Shown here piece after piece: positions 10,670 to 20,866 of a stretch of 64,000 nt of DNA. This stretch comes from Candidatus Amesbacteria bacterium (GTDB taxonomy: Bacteria; Patescibacteriota; Microgenomatia; CAZETR01; Amesbacteraceae). The stretch spans positions 133,294 through 197,293 of the forward strand of contig CAVTQH010000002.1 of the NCBI GenBank assembly GCA_963736875.1, read 5' to 3'. The position numbers and the translations under genes were made by a program. Every line of letters starts with the position of its first letter. Position 1 is the stretch's first letter. Below the pieces are notes generated by a model, which did not search any database, was not told where the DNA came from, and saw only the letters and a list, made by a program, of their open reading frames with translations.

Positions 10670-11074
10670 TTATTTTGTTACCAATTTAACTCTGAATGGA
10701 ATCTTTGCCCCGCCATTTTTGAATGCTTCTCCGGCAAGCTCCGGGGACACACCGGCAATTTCAAATAAGATTCTCCCGGGTCTGATTACTGCCACATACT
10801 GGAAAATATCTCCCTTTCCCGAACCCATACGTGTCCCCAGCGCCTTTTTTGTAACCGGTTTATCCGGGAAAACTCTAATCCAGACCTTTCCTCCCCTTCG
10901 GGTATACTTGACTATTGCTTTTCTGGCTGCTTCAATTTGTCTGGATGATAACCATCCTCTTTCCATCGCTTTCATTCCATACTCTCCAAACGCCACCTCA
11001 ACACCGCGTCCGGCATTACCCGGCATTTTTCCTCTGAATTGTTTTCGATATTTTTGTTTTTTTGGTTGTAGCAT
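10670..11074 (-). CDS. rplP: 50S ribosomal protein L16
   Basis: 134 aa; L16 sequence. Confidence 0.95.
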   Translation of the reverse strand: MLQPKKQKYRKQFRGKMPGNAGRGVEVAFGEYGMKAMERGWLSSRQIEAARKAIVKYTRRGGKVWIRVFPDKPVTKKALGTRMGSGKGDIFQYVAVIRPGRILFEIAGVSPELAGEAFKNGGAKIPFRVKLVTK

Positions 11075-11083
11075 TTTTTCTCC

Positions 11084-11743
11084 TTAGACAGTTTTTTCAC
11101 CTCTGTGAATCCACACTTTCACTCCTACATAACCGGATCGGGTCAAAGCTGGTACCTGATCATAATCCACGTCCGCCCTAAGAGTCTGTAAAGGCACGGA
11201 ACCCATTTGGTAAAGTTCTTTGCGGGAAATTTCCGCTCCTCCGACCCTTCCGGCTAAAAGGACTTTTATTCCCAAAGCTCTGGCTTGCATGGTTCGTTCC
11301 ATGGTTTTTTTTACCACTCTTCTTGCCGGCATCCTTCTGATTAACTGATCAGCAATCTTGGTGGCCACTAAATAAGCATTTAAATCCGGCTCTTTAATTT
11401 CTTCCACCTGGAGATCAATTTTTGGGGCCTTTTTATCTTCCTTGTACCCCAGAACCTCGTAAATATATTTTTTCAAATCCTCCAGTCCCGACCCCCCCCG
11501 TCCGATTACCACTCCCGGTCGGGTAACAAAAATCACAATTCTCAGACTTTTCAGCGATCTTTCGATTTCAACCCTGGCCACCGATGCCAGAGCCAGTTTT
11601 TTCATCAATGCCTTTCTTAATGCATGATCTGACATCAGATATTCCTGATACCGTTTGGGATTGGTCGTAAACCACCTGGATTTCCAAGTTTCTGATGGTG
11701 TGAGCGGTAAACGATAGGCGACCGGATTAACTTTTTGTCCCAT
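11084..11743 (-). CDS. rpsC: 30S ribosomal protein S3 (starts MGQKVNPVAYRL; own AAGGAGG RBS), continuous in frame with upstream L22
   Basis: KH and S3-C domains; ATG at 11743-11741, preceded by AAGGAGGAAAAATCC. Confidence 0.9.
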   Translation of the reverse strand: MGQKVNPVAYRLPLTPSETWKSRWFTTNPKRYQEYLMSDHALRKALMKKLALASVARVEIERSLKSLRIVIFVTRPGVVIGRGGSGLEDLKKYIYEVLGYKEDKKAPKIDLQVEEIKEPDLNAYLVATKIADQLIRRMPARRVVKKTMERTMQARALGIKVLLAGRVGGAEISRKELYQMGSVPLQTLRADVDYDQVPALTRSGYVGVKVWIHRGEKTV

Positions 11744-12106
11744 GGATTTTTCCTCCTTGGTGACTAAAACTAATTTAATATGCGACATTCTTTTTCGTTT
11801 CATTCCTCTGTCAAATCTGGCTCCGTGTGATTTATCAAGTCTTTTTGGCCCTCTCGGACCTTCCTGAATTTGCAGTGAAGAAACGATCAATTCTCCCGGT
11901 GAAGCCTGAAAATTATTTTTTGCATTAGCTACACCCTGCAAAAATACCGGCAAAATTGATTTTGCCGCCCTTTTTGGCAGTACTTTTAGATACTCTATTG
12001 CTTTCCCGGGATCCATTCCTCTGATAGCATTTGCCACCAGCCTAAGTTTTCTCGGACTCATTCTCACAAAGCTCGCTCCGGCAATGATTTCTTTTGTCTT
12101 TTCCAT
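11744..12106 (-). CDS. rplV: 50S ribosomal protein L22, lacking a stop codon; reads through into S3 in frame
   Basis: Residues 1-121 of the 340 aa ORF are L22 (SPRKLRLVANAIRG ... HIKLVLVTKEEKS). The next codon is the S3 ATG. Confidence 0.85.
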
Positions 12107-12107
12107 A

Positions 12108-12392
12108 TTAGGTTTTCTCCATGGTTCTTTTAACTATTGCTCCGTGCCCTCTGAATGTTCTGGTGGGAGCGAATTCTCCCAAACGATGACCAACCATCGA
12201 TTCTGAAACAAACACTTCAATAAATTTATTCCCCGCGTGTACCGAGAATGTATATCCCACAAAATCCGGCGGGATTTGACTATGTCTGGCCCAGGTCTTG
12301 ATCGGCTCCTTTTTCCCGGCAGCCTTCATCTTCCCGACTTTTATTGTCAGTTTATTATCGATATAGGGGCCTTTTTTGAATGATCTGGACAC
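12108..12392 (-). CDS. rpsS: 30S ribosomal protein S19
   Basis: 94 aa; S19 sequence. Confidence 0.95.
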   Translation of the reverse strand: MSRSFKKGPYIDNKLTIKVGKMKAAGKKEPIKTWARHSQIPPDFVGYTFSVHAGNKFIEVFVSESMVGHRLGEFAPTRTFRGHGAIVKRTMEKT

Positions 12393-13219
12393 TATTTTTT
12401 CCTTCTTTGAACAATTAAATTACTGGAATATTTAAATTTTTTCCTGGTTCTTTTTCCTCTTGCCGGCTTTCCCCACGGTGTTTTGGGATTCATCCCTTCA
12501 CCGCTTCGTCCTTCTCCGCCGCCATGAGGATGAGAACGGGGATTTTGAGCCGTACCCCGGACGGTAGGTCTGATACCCATATGTCTTTTACGGCCGGCCT
12601 TCCCAAAGTTTATATTTTTCCATTCGGAATTTCCCAATTGGCCGATAGTTGCCCGGCAACTGGGTTTAAACCTGCGGATTTCTCCGGAGGGTAATTTTAC
12701 CAGAGCATACACATCTTCGAAACCCATAATTGTGGCTGCCGTACCTGCTCCCCGTACCATTTGCGCACCCTTTCCGGGGGACAGTTCCAGGTTATGGATC
12801 ATGGTCCCGACCGGAATATTTGCCAAAGGTAAACAATTTCCAACTCCCAGGGGCGCAGCTTCACCATTCATTATCTGTTGGCCCACCTGTAATCCTTCCG
12901 GGGCCAGGATATATTTTCTTTCTCCGTCTGCGTACTTCAATAAAGCCAGATTTGCTGTCCGGTTTGGATCGTATTCCAGGGAAATCACCCAGGCAACCAT
13001 TCCGTCCTTGCTTCTTTTCCAATCAATTTCCCGTAGAAACCTTTTTTCCCTTCCGCCTTGGTGTCTCACGGTAACTTGGCCCTGGGCATTTCTCCCGGAT
13101 TTCTTTGATAATATGGAAACCAAAGTCCTTTCCGGCCGCTTTTTGGTTAAACCGGAGTAAACAAGACCGGAGGAAAATCTCATTCCCGGTGTCACTGGTT
13201 TATACAACTTTAAAGCCAT
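12392..13219 (-). CDS. rplB: 50S ribosomal protein L2
   Basis: 275 aa; L2 sequence. Confidence 0.95.
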   Translation of the reverse strand: MALKLYKPVTPGMRFSSGLVYSGLTKKRPERTLVSILSKKSGRNAQGQVTVRHQGGREKRFLREIDWKRSKDGMVAWVISLEYDPNRTANLALLKYADGERKYILAPEGLQVGQQIMNGEAAPLGVGNCLPLANIPVGTMIHNLELSPGKGAQMVRGAGTAATIMGFEDVYALVKLPSGEIRRFKPSCRATIGQLGNSEWKNINFGKAGRKRHMGIRPTVRGTAQNPRSHPHGGGEGRSGEGMNPKTPWGKPARGKRTRKKFKYSSNLIVQRRKK

Positions 13220-13223
13220 ATAT

Positions 13224-13511
13224 TTACTTGGTTTCGGTTACTTCAAATAAATCAATTTGCTTGTCAGGTTTAATTGTTACCACGGCTTTTTTCCAGTCGG
13301 ATTTTTTTTTGGTCAGCCACTTTTTCCCGGTACGGTATTCTTTACCATGAATAATGGCGGTTTGCACTTTTATGACCTGGACGCCAAAGGTCTTTTCCAC
13401 AGCTCTCTTAATTTTCGGTTTAGTTGCAGCCAACCCCACCTTAAACGTATACCGTTTCTTGGCGGCCTCTGCCAAAGCCTTTTCGGTGATCAAAGGTTTA
13501 ATTAACAGCAT
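13224..13511 (-). CDS. rplW: 50S ribosomal protein L23
   Basis: 95 aa; L23 sequence. Confidence 0.9.
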   Translation of the reverse strand: MLLIKPLITEKALAEAAKKRYTFKVGLAATKPKIKRAVEKTFGVQVIKVQTAIIHGKEYRTGKKWLTKKKSDWKKAVVTIKPDKQIDLFEVTETK

Positions 13512-14130
13512 ATAATTTTACTATCTCTTTCAGAGACTCCGGGGTAATAATTAATTTCTGACAGGCAACAATGGCATAAGTATTTAGTTGATTGGGTCTG
13601 ATTACGGTTACTCCGACAATATTCTTAAATGCTCTGCCGGCAGTTATTTCTTTTTCTCCGATAACCAGCAAATATCGTCCCCGATTTTTCTCGTTTTTAA
13701 AAAGTTTTTCAGCCTTTTTTGTTTTTTCGGACACCTTATCAATGTCTGATATTACCGTAATATTTTGTTCTCTTGCTTTATCTGATAATGCTCCTAATAA
13801 GGACTTTCTTAAAAGTTTCTTTGATAAATGCAGCTTGTAATTCTGTTCCCCGGTCGGACCAAAAGCTATCCCGCCTCCCACAAAAATTGGTGCGGAATAA
13901 GACCCGTGTCTTGCCCTGCCGGTACCCTTCTGTCGGTACATTTTAGCTGTAGTCCTGGACATCTCTCCCCGGGTTTTGGTTTTGGCATTTGCTTTTCTTT
14001 GATTTGATAAAAATACTCTCACCGCTTGAGCCAGAAGTCCGGGACCGGCATTCGTTCCGAATATTCCTTCGGGTAGTTTAACTTTTTCTCCGGCCTCACC
14101 CTTGATATTTATCGAATTTACAGAAGTCAT
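13498..14130 (-). CDS. rplD: 50S ribosomal protein L4
   Basis: 210 aa; L4 sequence. Confidence 0.9.
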   Translation of the reverse strand: MTSVNSINIKGEAGEKVKLPEGIFGTNAGPGLLAQAVRVFLSNQRKANAKTKTRGEMSRTTAKMYRQKGTGRARHGSYSAPIFVGGGIAFGPTGEQNYKLHLSKKLLRKSLLGALSDKAREQNITVISDIDKVSEKTKKAEKLFKNEKNRGRYLLVIGEKEITAGRAFKNIVGVTVIRPNQLNTYAIVACQKLIITPESLKEIVKLYAVN

Positions 14131-14711
14131 GATTGTTTGGTAATTGTTACTAATCCCGCCTTATTCCTGCCTGCACCCGGCACTGCTCCGGTCACCATTA
14201 ATGTCCGATTTTGGGGATTTACCTCCAGGATCTTCAATCCGCCGGTACTTATTCTTGAGTTTCCCATATGCCCGGCTCTTCTGGTTCCCCTGAGAACTCT
14301 TCCCGGAGTCGTGGTTGAGCCGCTTGACCCGGGGGCCCTTTCCCGATTTGACTGGCCATGCGTCCTCGGCCCGCCTTTGAAATGATGTCTTTTCACTACT
14401 CCTGCAAATCCCTTACCCTTGCTTATGCCGGTTACCTTGACTTTATCTCCGACCTTTACAATATCATCAAATTTAATCTCCGTCCCGGGCTCATATATCT
14501 CTTCAGTCCTGACTTCTTTCAGTTTACTTTTCCCCTTAACTTTTTGACTTTTTACCTCAAATCTGACAGCCTGATATCCGTGTTTTTCCTTGGTTCTTAC
14601 ATCCTTGACAAACATTTGGGGAACTTCCAAAACAGTAGCTCCGATATAGTCACCCTCCGGAGTATATTTACCGGTCATTTTGACTTTTTTAGCAAAAAAA
14701 GTAGTAATCAT
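14127..14711 (-). CDS. rplC: 50S ribosomal protein L3 (ATG at 14711; the track used an upstream TTG at 14726)
   Basis: MITTFFAKKVKMTGKY... L3 sequence. Confidence 0.9.
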   Translation of the reverse strand: MITTFFAKKVKMTGKYTPEGDYIGATVLEVPQMFVKDVRTKEKHGYQAVRFEVKSQKVKGKSKLKEVRTEEIYEPGTEIKFDDIVKVGDKVKVTGISKGKGFAGVVKRHHFKGGPRTHGQSNRERAPGSSGSTTTPGRVLRGTRRAGHMGNSRISTGGLKILEVNPQNRTLMVTGAVPGAGRNKAGLVTITKQS

Positions 14712-14724
14712 TGTTTTACCCAAC

Positions 14725-14749
14725 AAAAAAAGTGCCGCCAGGCACTTTT
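14725..14749 (-). terminator. Intrinsic terminator/attenuator-like hairpin between rpsJ and rplC: GTGCC-tggc-GGCAC followed by U7 on the minus strand
   Basis: Read directly: on the plus strand, A7, then GTGCC gcca GGCAC, then TTTT. On the gene (minus) strand the hairpin is followed by TTTTTTT and ends about 13 nt before the rplC ATG. Confidence 0.45.
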
Positions 14750-14825
14750 ATAAGTAGCTAGCCTGTCGATCTTTAACTATGAGCAATAATTCAGGCAATT
14801 TCTTCTGCTCACAGGAGTGATTCTA

Positions 14826-15134
14826 TCACATTTTCACTTCAATATCCACGCCGGCAGGGAGATCTAAATGAGACAGGGCATCAACGGTTTTTGAAGTTGG
14901 GTCTACGATATCAATCAGCCGTTTGTGTACCAGCATTTCATAGTGGTCCCGGGCATTTTTATCCACATGAGGAGAAGTGGTGACTGCAATAAGTTTTCTG
15001 TCGGTAGGTAAGGGGACAGGGCCCACAATCTTAGCCCCGGTTGAAAATGCCGCTTCCAGTATTTTTGCCGCCGCTTCATCCAAGACCCGGTGGTCAAATG
15101 ATTTTAGTCTTACTCTTAGTCGCCCCTTAGCCAT
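14826..15134 (-). CDS. rpsJ: 30S ribosomal protein S10
   Basis: 102 aa; S10 sequence. Confidence 0.95.
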   Translation of the reverse strand: MAKGRLRVRLKSFDHRVLDEAAAKILEAAFSTGAKIVGPVPLPTDRKLIAVTTSPHVDKNARDHYEMLVHKRLIDIVDPTSKTVDALSHLDLPAGVDIEVKM

Positions 15135-15145
15135 ATAAATGTGCT

Positions 15146-15174
15146 AAAAAACCCAGTGTATATAAAACACCGGG
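15146..15174 (-). terminator. Hairpin (CCCGGTG...CACTGGG) plus U6 downstream of tuf on the minus strand, just upstream of rpsJ
   Basis: Read directly: 7 bp stem with one G-U pair, 9 nt loop, then TTTTTT on the minus strand. Confidence 0.4.
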
Positions 15175-15191
15175 CATTGTGCATAAAGCAC

Positions 15192-16370
15192 TTAACTAAC
15201 AATTTTTGTTACTGCTCCGGCACCGACAGTTTTTCCGCCTTCGCGGATGGCAAACCGCAAACCTTGCTCCAAAGCCACGGGAGCAATCAATTTGATTTTC
15301 ATTTTGGCACTGTCCCCCGGCATTACCATTTCAACTCCGGAAGGCAACGTCACTTCTCCGGTTACATCAGTCGTCCCAATGTAGAACTGGGGCCGGTATC
15401 CGGAAAAGAAAGCAGTGTGCCGTCCGCCCTCTTCCTTTTTAAGAATATAAACTTCGGCGTCAAACTCTGTGTGAGGGGTAATAGATCCCGGTTTGGCGAT
15501 CACCTGGCCTCTTTCAACTTTCTCTTTTTCAATTCCCCTCAATAGCAACCCCACATTGTCTCCGGCTTGACCCTCATCCAGCTGTTTTCTAAACATCTCT
15601 ACTCCGGTAATCACAGTGGTCTGTGTAGGCTTCAGTCCCACAATTTCCACAGTCTCATTTACTTTTACCCGGCCTCTTTCGATTCTTCCGGTCACAACAG
15701 TGCCTCTTCCCTTAATGGAAAAGACGTCCTCAACCGGCATTTTAAACGGCTTATCCAGTTCCCTGACGGGAGTTGGAACAAACTCATCAACTTTCTTCAT
15801 CAGCTCCACGATTGCCTCTTCTGACTTGGGATCACCCTCGGTAGCTTTCAGAGCGGAACCTCTGATAATCGGTACTTTATCCCCGGGATAACCGTATTTT
15901 GTTAAAAGCTCCCTGACTTCCATTTCCACCAGATCCAAAAGTTGCGGATCATCTACCATGTCCGTTTTGTTCATAAACACCACAATTGCCGGGACATTAA
16001 CCTGATTTGCCAGCAGAATGTGTTCCCGTGTCTGGGGCATGGGTCCATCCGGTGCGGATACCACAAGAATTGCCCCGTCCATCTGAGCCGCTCCGGTAAT
16101 CATATTCTTAATGTAGTCAGCGTGTCCCGGAGCATCAATATGAGCATAATGTCTTTTTTCCGTCTCGTATTCCTGATGAGATAAATTAATGGTCACTCCG
16201 CGGGCTCTTTCCTCAGGAGCTGAATCAATATCCTCGTACTTTTTGGCCACAGCCATACCCTTTTTGGCCAACACCATAGTGATAGCTGAAGTCAATGTGG
16301 TCTTACCATGGTCAACGTGACCGATGGTTCCGATATTGACGTGTGGTTTTGATCTGATAAATGTTGCCAT
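15192..16370 (-). CDS. tuf: Elongation factor Tu
   Basis: 392 aa; [11 protein letters not shown] and full EF-Tu sequence. Confidence 0.97.
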   Translation of the reverse strand: MATFIRSKPHVNIGTIGHVDHGKTTLTSAITMVLAKKGMAVAKKYEDIDSAPEERARGVTINLSHQEYETEKRHYAHIDAPGHADYIKNMITGAAQMDGAILVVSAPDGPMPQTREHILLANQVNVPAIVVFMNKTDMVDDPQLLDLVEMEVRELLTKYGYPGDKVPIIRGSALKATEGDPKSEEAIVELMKKVDEFVPTPVRELDKPFKMPVEDVFSIKGRGTVVTGRIERGRVKVNETVEIVGLKPTQTTVITGVEMFRKQLDEGQAGDNVGLLLRGIEKEKVERGQVIAKPGSITPHTEFDAEVYILKKEEGGRHTAFFSGYRPQFYIGTTDVTGEVTLPSGVEMVMPGDSAKMKIKLIAPVALEQGLRFAIREGGKTVGAGAVTKIVS

Positions 16371-16467
16371 ATTTTTGCGAAAAAAATCAGTCCTTCCGAA
16401 CTTGCATTGATTTTAATTGGCTGCTTTTCTTAATGCAAGGGGGAAATTAATCATTAAAACAACTTGA

Positions 16468-18618
16468 TTAATTTGACCGGTGTGCCTCGGCTTTGCCTGA
16501 TTTGGCAATAATTCCTTCGGCAATATTTTTCGGAACTTCGTCGTAGTGCGACGGTTCCATATAATAAGAAGCTCTTCCCTGGGTTAAAGATCTGAGTTTG
16601 GTGGCATACCCGGACAATTCAGCCAGTGGCACAAAAGCATTTACTATGGTCAAATGTCCCCGTTTACTGGTTCCCGAAATTTGAGCTCTCTTGGATGACA
16701 AATCTCCGATCACATCCCCCATAAAATCATCCGGAGTTGACACTTCCACTTTCATTATCGGTTCCAAAAGCGTCAGATCAGCCTGTTTGGAGGCCGATTG
16801 CAGCGCCATAGAGCCGGCAATTTTAAAAGCCATTTCCGAAGAATCCACGTCATGATATGTACCGTCATACAAAGTTACCCTGATATCTACCAACGGAAAT
16901 CCTGCCAGTACCCCGTTTTCCATCGCCTCTCGGACTCCCTTTTCAATCGCCGGGATAAACTCACCCGGAATTGCTCCGCCCTTAATTGCATTTACCCATT
17001 CATAACCGGTACCCCGGGGTAGCGGTTCCACTTTCAGGAAACAATGCCCGTACTGACCCCGGCCTCCGGATTGTCTGATATATTTTCCTTCCCCTTCGGC
17101 CGGTCTTTTTATTGTTTCTTTATAAGCGACCTGCGGAGCGCCGGTATTGGCTTCAACGTTAAATTCCCGCTTCATCCTGTCCACAATTATTTCCAGATGC
17201 AGCTCTCCCATTCCGGAAATTATGGTTTGTCCGGTTTCATGATTGGATTTGATCTGAAAAGTCGGATCTTCATCTGACAATTTATTTAAAGCATAGCCCA
17301 TTTTTTCCTGATCGGATTTGGTTTTTGGTTCAATCGCCAGTGAAATCACCGGTTCCGGAAAAGTAATTGACTCCAGAAGTATGGGATGGCTCCGGTCACA
17401 CAAAGTGTTACCTGTAGATGCCTCTTTCATGCCCACCAAAGCCACAATTTCCCCGGCATAGGCCTGATCGATTTCCTCTCGTTTATTAGCATGCATCAAA
17501 AGCATCCGGGAAATTCTTTCTTCCTTATCTTTGGAGGCGTTATATATTCCCTGGCCGGATTTAAGAGTTCCCGAATAAATCCTCAGATAAGTCAGCCGGC
17601 CGACGTGGGGATCAGTCTGAATCTTAAAAGATAATCCCGCAAACGGTTCTTCATTAACGGTTTTTCTGATTACCTCTTCACCTGTCCTGGGATTACTTCC
17701 TTTTACCTGATTAATATCAACCGGACTGGGCAAATACTCCACAACAGCGTCGAGCATTGGCTGAACTCCCTTGTTTCGCAGGGACGCACCGGCATATATC
17801 GGCACCAGTTTATAGGCAATCACCGCTTTTCTCAGCGCTGCCTTCAGTTCTTTTATTGTCGGCTCCTCACCTCCCAAAAATTTTTCCAGCAAAACATCAT
17901 CAGTTTCACATATTTGTTCGATCAGCTTACTTCGCCATTTTTCACAAACGGCCTTCATGTCTGCCGGGATTTCTTCTTCCGTAAACTTTGCTCCGGTTTC
18001 GTCCCCTTGCCAAATCAGTGCCTTTTTTTCCAAAAGCAATACTACTCCTTTAAAAGATTGCTCCGCTCCGATCGGATAAGCCATGACTGCCGGATTGGCG
18101 CCCAATCTTTCAATGATGGCTTTAATAGTGCCTTCAAAATTAGCCCCCAGCTTATCATTTTTATTTACAAAAATAATCCGGGGTACCTTGTATTTATCTG
18201 CCTGTCGCCAGACGGTCTCTGTTTGCGATTGGACTGTTTCTTCGGCATCCAGTACCGTGACTGCTCCGTCAAGAACCCTTAAAGATCTTTCAACTTCGGC
18301 GGTAAAATCCACATGACCCGGGGTATCAATAATGTTGATGCGGAAAGAATCATTCCCCACAGGTGAATTGGGATCATTTACTGTCCAAAATGTGGTTGTT
18401 GCGGCTGATACTATGGTAATTCCTCTTTCTCTTTCCTGAGCCATCCAGTCCATTTGGGTCGTCCCCTCATCAATATCCCCGATTTTGTAGGATTTACCGG
18501 TATAATACAAAATCCGCTCGGTAGTAGTGGTTTTTCCGGCATCAATATGCGCGATAATCCCGATATTTCTCACTCTGTCGAGAGGTACGGTTCTGTTGGT
18601 GGTTTTGATATCAGGCAT
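16468..18618 (-). CDS. fusA: Elongation factor G (start at MPDIKTT; the tracked ORF has a 21-codon upstream extension)
   Basis: [12 protein letters not shown] and five-domain EF-G sequence. Confidence 0.95.
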   Translation of the reverse strand: MPDIKTTNRTVPLDRVRNIGIIAHIDAGKTTTTERILYYTGKSYKIGDIDEGTTQMDWMAQERERGITIVSAATTTFWTVNDPNSPVGNDSFRINIIDTPGHVDFTAEVERSLRVLDGAVTVLDAEETVQSQTETVWRQADKYKVPRIIFVNKNDKLGANFEGTIKAIIERLGANPAVMAYPIGAEQSFKGVVLLLEKKALIWQGDETGAKFTEEEIPADMKAVCEKWRSKLIEQICETDDVLLEKFLGGEEPTIKELKAALRKAVIAYKLVPIYAGASLRNKGVQPMLDAVVEYLPSPVDINQVKGSNPRTGEEVIRKTVNEEPFAGLSFKIQTDPHVGRLTYLRIYSGTLKSGQGIYNASKDKEERISRMLLMHANKREEIDQAYAGEIVALVGMKEASTGNTLCDRSHPILLESITFPEPVISLAIEPKTKSDQEKMGYALNKLSDEDPTFQIKSNHETGQTIISGMGELHLEIIVDRMKREFNVEANTGAPQVAYKETIKRPAEGEGKYIRQSGGRGQYGHCFLKVEPLPRGTGYEWVNAIKGGAIPGEFIPAIEKGVREAMENGVLAGFPLVDIRVTLYDGTYHDVDSSEMAFKIAGSMALQSASKQADLTLLEPIMKVEVSTPDDFMGDVIGDLSSKRAQISGTSKRGHLTIVNAFVPLAELSGYATKLRSLTQGRASYYMEPSHYDEVPKNIAEGIIAKSGKAEAHRSN

Positions 18619-18739
18619 AAAAAACGAAACAAAAAATATCCCCTTTCGGGTATCCCCGATTCTACCAAACTTATATCTCACTCACAATCCTTAAACACTC
18701 TGGTCTTCTTAGCACTCAAGTTGTACAATTGCTACTAAT

Positions 18740-19621
18740 ATGGCGACAAAACGCGATTATTACGATGTTTTGGGAGTATCCAAAAACGCTTCAGCGGCCG
18801 AACTCAAAGCCGCATATAGAAAACTGGCTCTGGAATGGCACCCCGACCGCAACAAATCTCCCGAAGCAGAAAGCAAGTTTAAGGAAATAAACGAGGCTTA
18901 TCAGGTTCTTTCGGATTCAAAAAAGAAGGAGACTTACGATCAATTTGGCCATAGTGCATTTGAACCGGGTATGGGCGGAGGGGCGGGTGGTCCGTTCGGC
19001 GGTTTCTCCAGATCGGGTCAGCAGGGTCCGTTTACCTATTATTATTCCACCGGAGGTGGTGGCAACCCCTTCGGGGATACAGGTGGATTTACCGACCCCT
19101 TTGAAATTTTTGAGCAGTTTTTCGGAGGTTCCAATCCCTTCGGCCGGGCCGCGGCCAGAAAACCGCATTATTCCATCAAAATTCCTTTTCTGACGGCCGT
19201 TAAAGGCGGTACGGAAACCGTAAAAATCGACGGCCGGACTCACTCCATCAAAGTGCCGGCCGGAGCCGATACCGGTACCCACCTGCGTTTTTCCGATTTT
19301 GACATCACCTTTGAAGTTGAACCCCATCCTCATTTCAAACGGGACGGAGATGATGTTTATGTTGAGAAAGTCATTCCCTTTACCCAGGCAATTTTGGGTG
19401 GTGAAACCACGGTTACCACTTTGGATGGTGAATTAAAACTCAAAATCCGGCCCGGTACCCAGCCCGGAACCACAATTCGCCTGTCCGGAAAAGGTATTAC
19501 CCGTCTCCGTTCATTCAGAAAAGATGATCGGGGAGACCTCTATATTCGTCTGGTTATCCTGCTTCCCGAGCATCTTTCCGGCCGCCAGCGTTCACTTCTG
19601 GAGGAATTCTCCGGATCCTGA
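18740..19621 (+). CDS. dnaJ: DnaJ-family co-chaperone: J domain, G/F-rich region and C-terminal substrate-binding domain, with no CxxCxGxG zinc-finger repeats (class II / CbpA-like)
   Basis: DYYDVLGV...HPD motif; [11 protein letters not shown] region; no Cys repeats. Confidence 0.85.
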   Translation: MATKRDYYDVLGVSKNASAAELKAAYRKLALEWHPDRNKSPEAESKFKEINEAYQVLSDSKKKETYDQFGHSAFEPGMGGGAGGPFGGFSRSGQQGPFTYYYSTGGGGNPFGDTGGFTDPFEIFEQFFGGSNPFGRAAARKPHYSIKIPFLTAVKGGTETVKIDGRTHSIKVPAGADTGTHLRFSDFDITFEVEPHPHFKRDGDDVYVEKVIPFTQAILGGETTVTTLDGELKLKIRPGTQPGTTIRLSGKGITRLRSFRKDDRGDLYIRLVILLPEHLSGRQRSLLEEFSGS

Positions 19622-19650
19622 TATAATCACACCGGGTTTGTGAATATACT

Positions 19651-19676
19651 GTGGGAAGAAGCTCCCACTTTTTTTT
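19651..19676 (+). terminator. Rho-independent terminator after dnaJ: GTGGGA-agaagc-TCCCAC then T8
   Basis: Read directly from the sequence. Confidence 0.7.
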
Positions 19677-19697
19677 GACATAACCCCTAATAAATAT

Positions 19698-20786
19698 ATG
19701 CGTAAAGCACCAGTTGCCAGATCGGAATTCTCCGCCGCCTTAAATCAGGTGGCCCATGAGAGAAACATTGACCCTCAGGTGGTTATTGAGACCATCAAAC
19801 AGGCAATTATTGCCGCTTTCAAAAAAGATTATCCCCAGCACTATCAGGAGTCAAACATCTATGAGGTCGAATTGGACGCGGGTACGGGTGAAGCCCGGAT
19901 TTATGAACTGGAAGGGGAAACTTACCAGGAAGGGGAAGAGACAAAAGTCCGGTTGGTAAAAAACGCTAAACGTGTCGATGTGACTCCCCCCGGTTTTGGC
20001 CGGATTGCCGCCCAGACGGCCAAACAGGTTATTTATCAAAAAATCCGTGAAGCGGAAAAATCGGTTATTGTCACCGAATACGAAAAACGGCTCGGCACTC
20101 TGGTAAGCGGCATGGTTATCCGTTTTGTAGGCAGCGATGTGATAGTGGATATCGGTAAGGCTGAAGCAGTCATGCCGTCCTCGGAGCAGGTTTATACCGA
20201 AAACTACCATCTCAACCAACGGATGACCTTTCTTCTTTTAAACATCCGTGACGGATTAAGGGGTAAGGAAGTGGTTGTTACGAGAGCCGATAACCGGTTC
20301 ATCAAAGAGTTATTCAAAAGGGAAGTTCCGGAAGTCGGCTCCGGCGCCGTAGAAATAAAAGCCATTGCCCGTGATCCCGGCTCGCGCACTAAAATTGCGG
20401 TATATTCCAACCAATCCGGTGTCGATCCGGTAGGTTCATGCGTCGGTCAAAAGGGTGTCAGGGTCCAGGCGGTTATCAGTGAATTAAACGGGGAGAAAAT
20501 TGATATTGTCCAATACAACGAAGAAATTGAAAAATTCATTACCGCGGCTTTAGCCCCGGCCACCGGTATGCAGGTCAAAATAAATCAGAAAAACCAGACG
20601 GCCACGGTTACCGTTCCCGCGGATCAGCTTCCTTTAGCCATTGGTCGTGACGGTCAAAATGCCAAATTAGCAGGAAAACTTACCAATTTCCACATTGATA
20701 TTGCCGGGGAGAAAGATACCTCCGAAAAAAAAGAAGACAAATCAAATTCCGATGACCAAACCACCAACCCCGTCCAACCAGAATGA
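19698..20786 (+). CDS. nusA: Transcription termination/antitermination factor NusA (S1-KH-KH)
   Basis: 362 aa; NusA N-terminal, S1 and two KH regions. Confidence 0.9.
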   Translation: MRKAPVARSEFSAALNQVAHERNIDPQVVIETIKQAIIAAFKKDYPQHYQESNIYEVELDAGTGEARIYELEGETYQEGEETKVRLVKNAKRVDVTPPGFGRIAAQTAKQVIYQKIREAEKSVIVTEYEKRLGTLVSGMVIRFVGSDVIVDIGKAEAVMPSSEQVYTENYHLNQRMTFLLLNIRDGLRGKEVVVTRADNRFIKELFKREVPEVGSGAVEIKAIARDPGSRTKIAVYSNQSGVDPVGSCVGQKGVRVQAVISELNGEKIDIVQYNEEIEKFITAALAPATGMQVKINQKNQTATVTVPADQLPLAIGRDGQNAKLAGKLTNFHIDIAGEKDTSEKKEDKSNSDDQTTNPVQPE

Positions 20787-20866
20787 TTTTATGAAAAAAC
20801 TTCTGCTTTGTAAGGAGTAAATGGTTTGATAAACCGGAGTTTGTTTAGATAAATTGATTTTTAAAA

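Noticed and set aside
16371-16467. Possible hairpin (CTTGCATT...AATGCAAG) between fusA and tuf as a terminator
   Set aside because: 8 bp AT-rich stem with a 25-nt loop, and the T-run is 12 nt away. Too weak to call.
19675-19703. Perfect TTGACA hexamer right after the dnaJ terminator, as a possible nusA promoter
   Set aside because: With a 17 nt spacer the -10 would fall on atgcgt (the nusA start codon region). No TATAAT-like hexamer is at the right distance, so this is most likely a coincidence with the terminator T-run.
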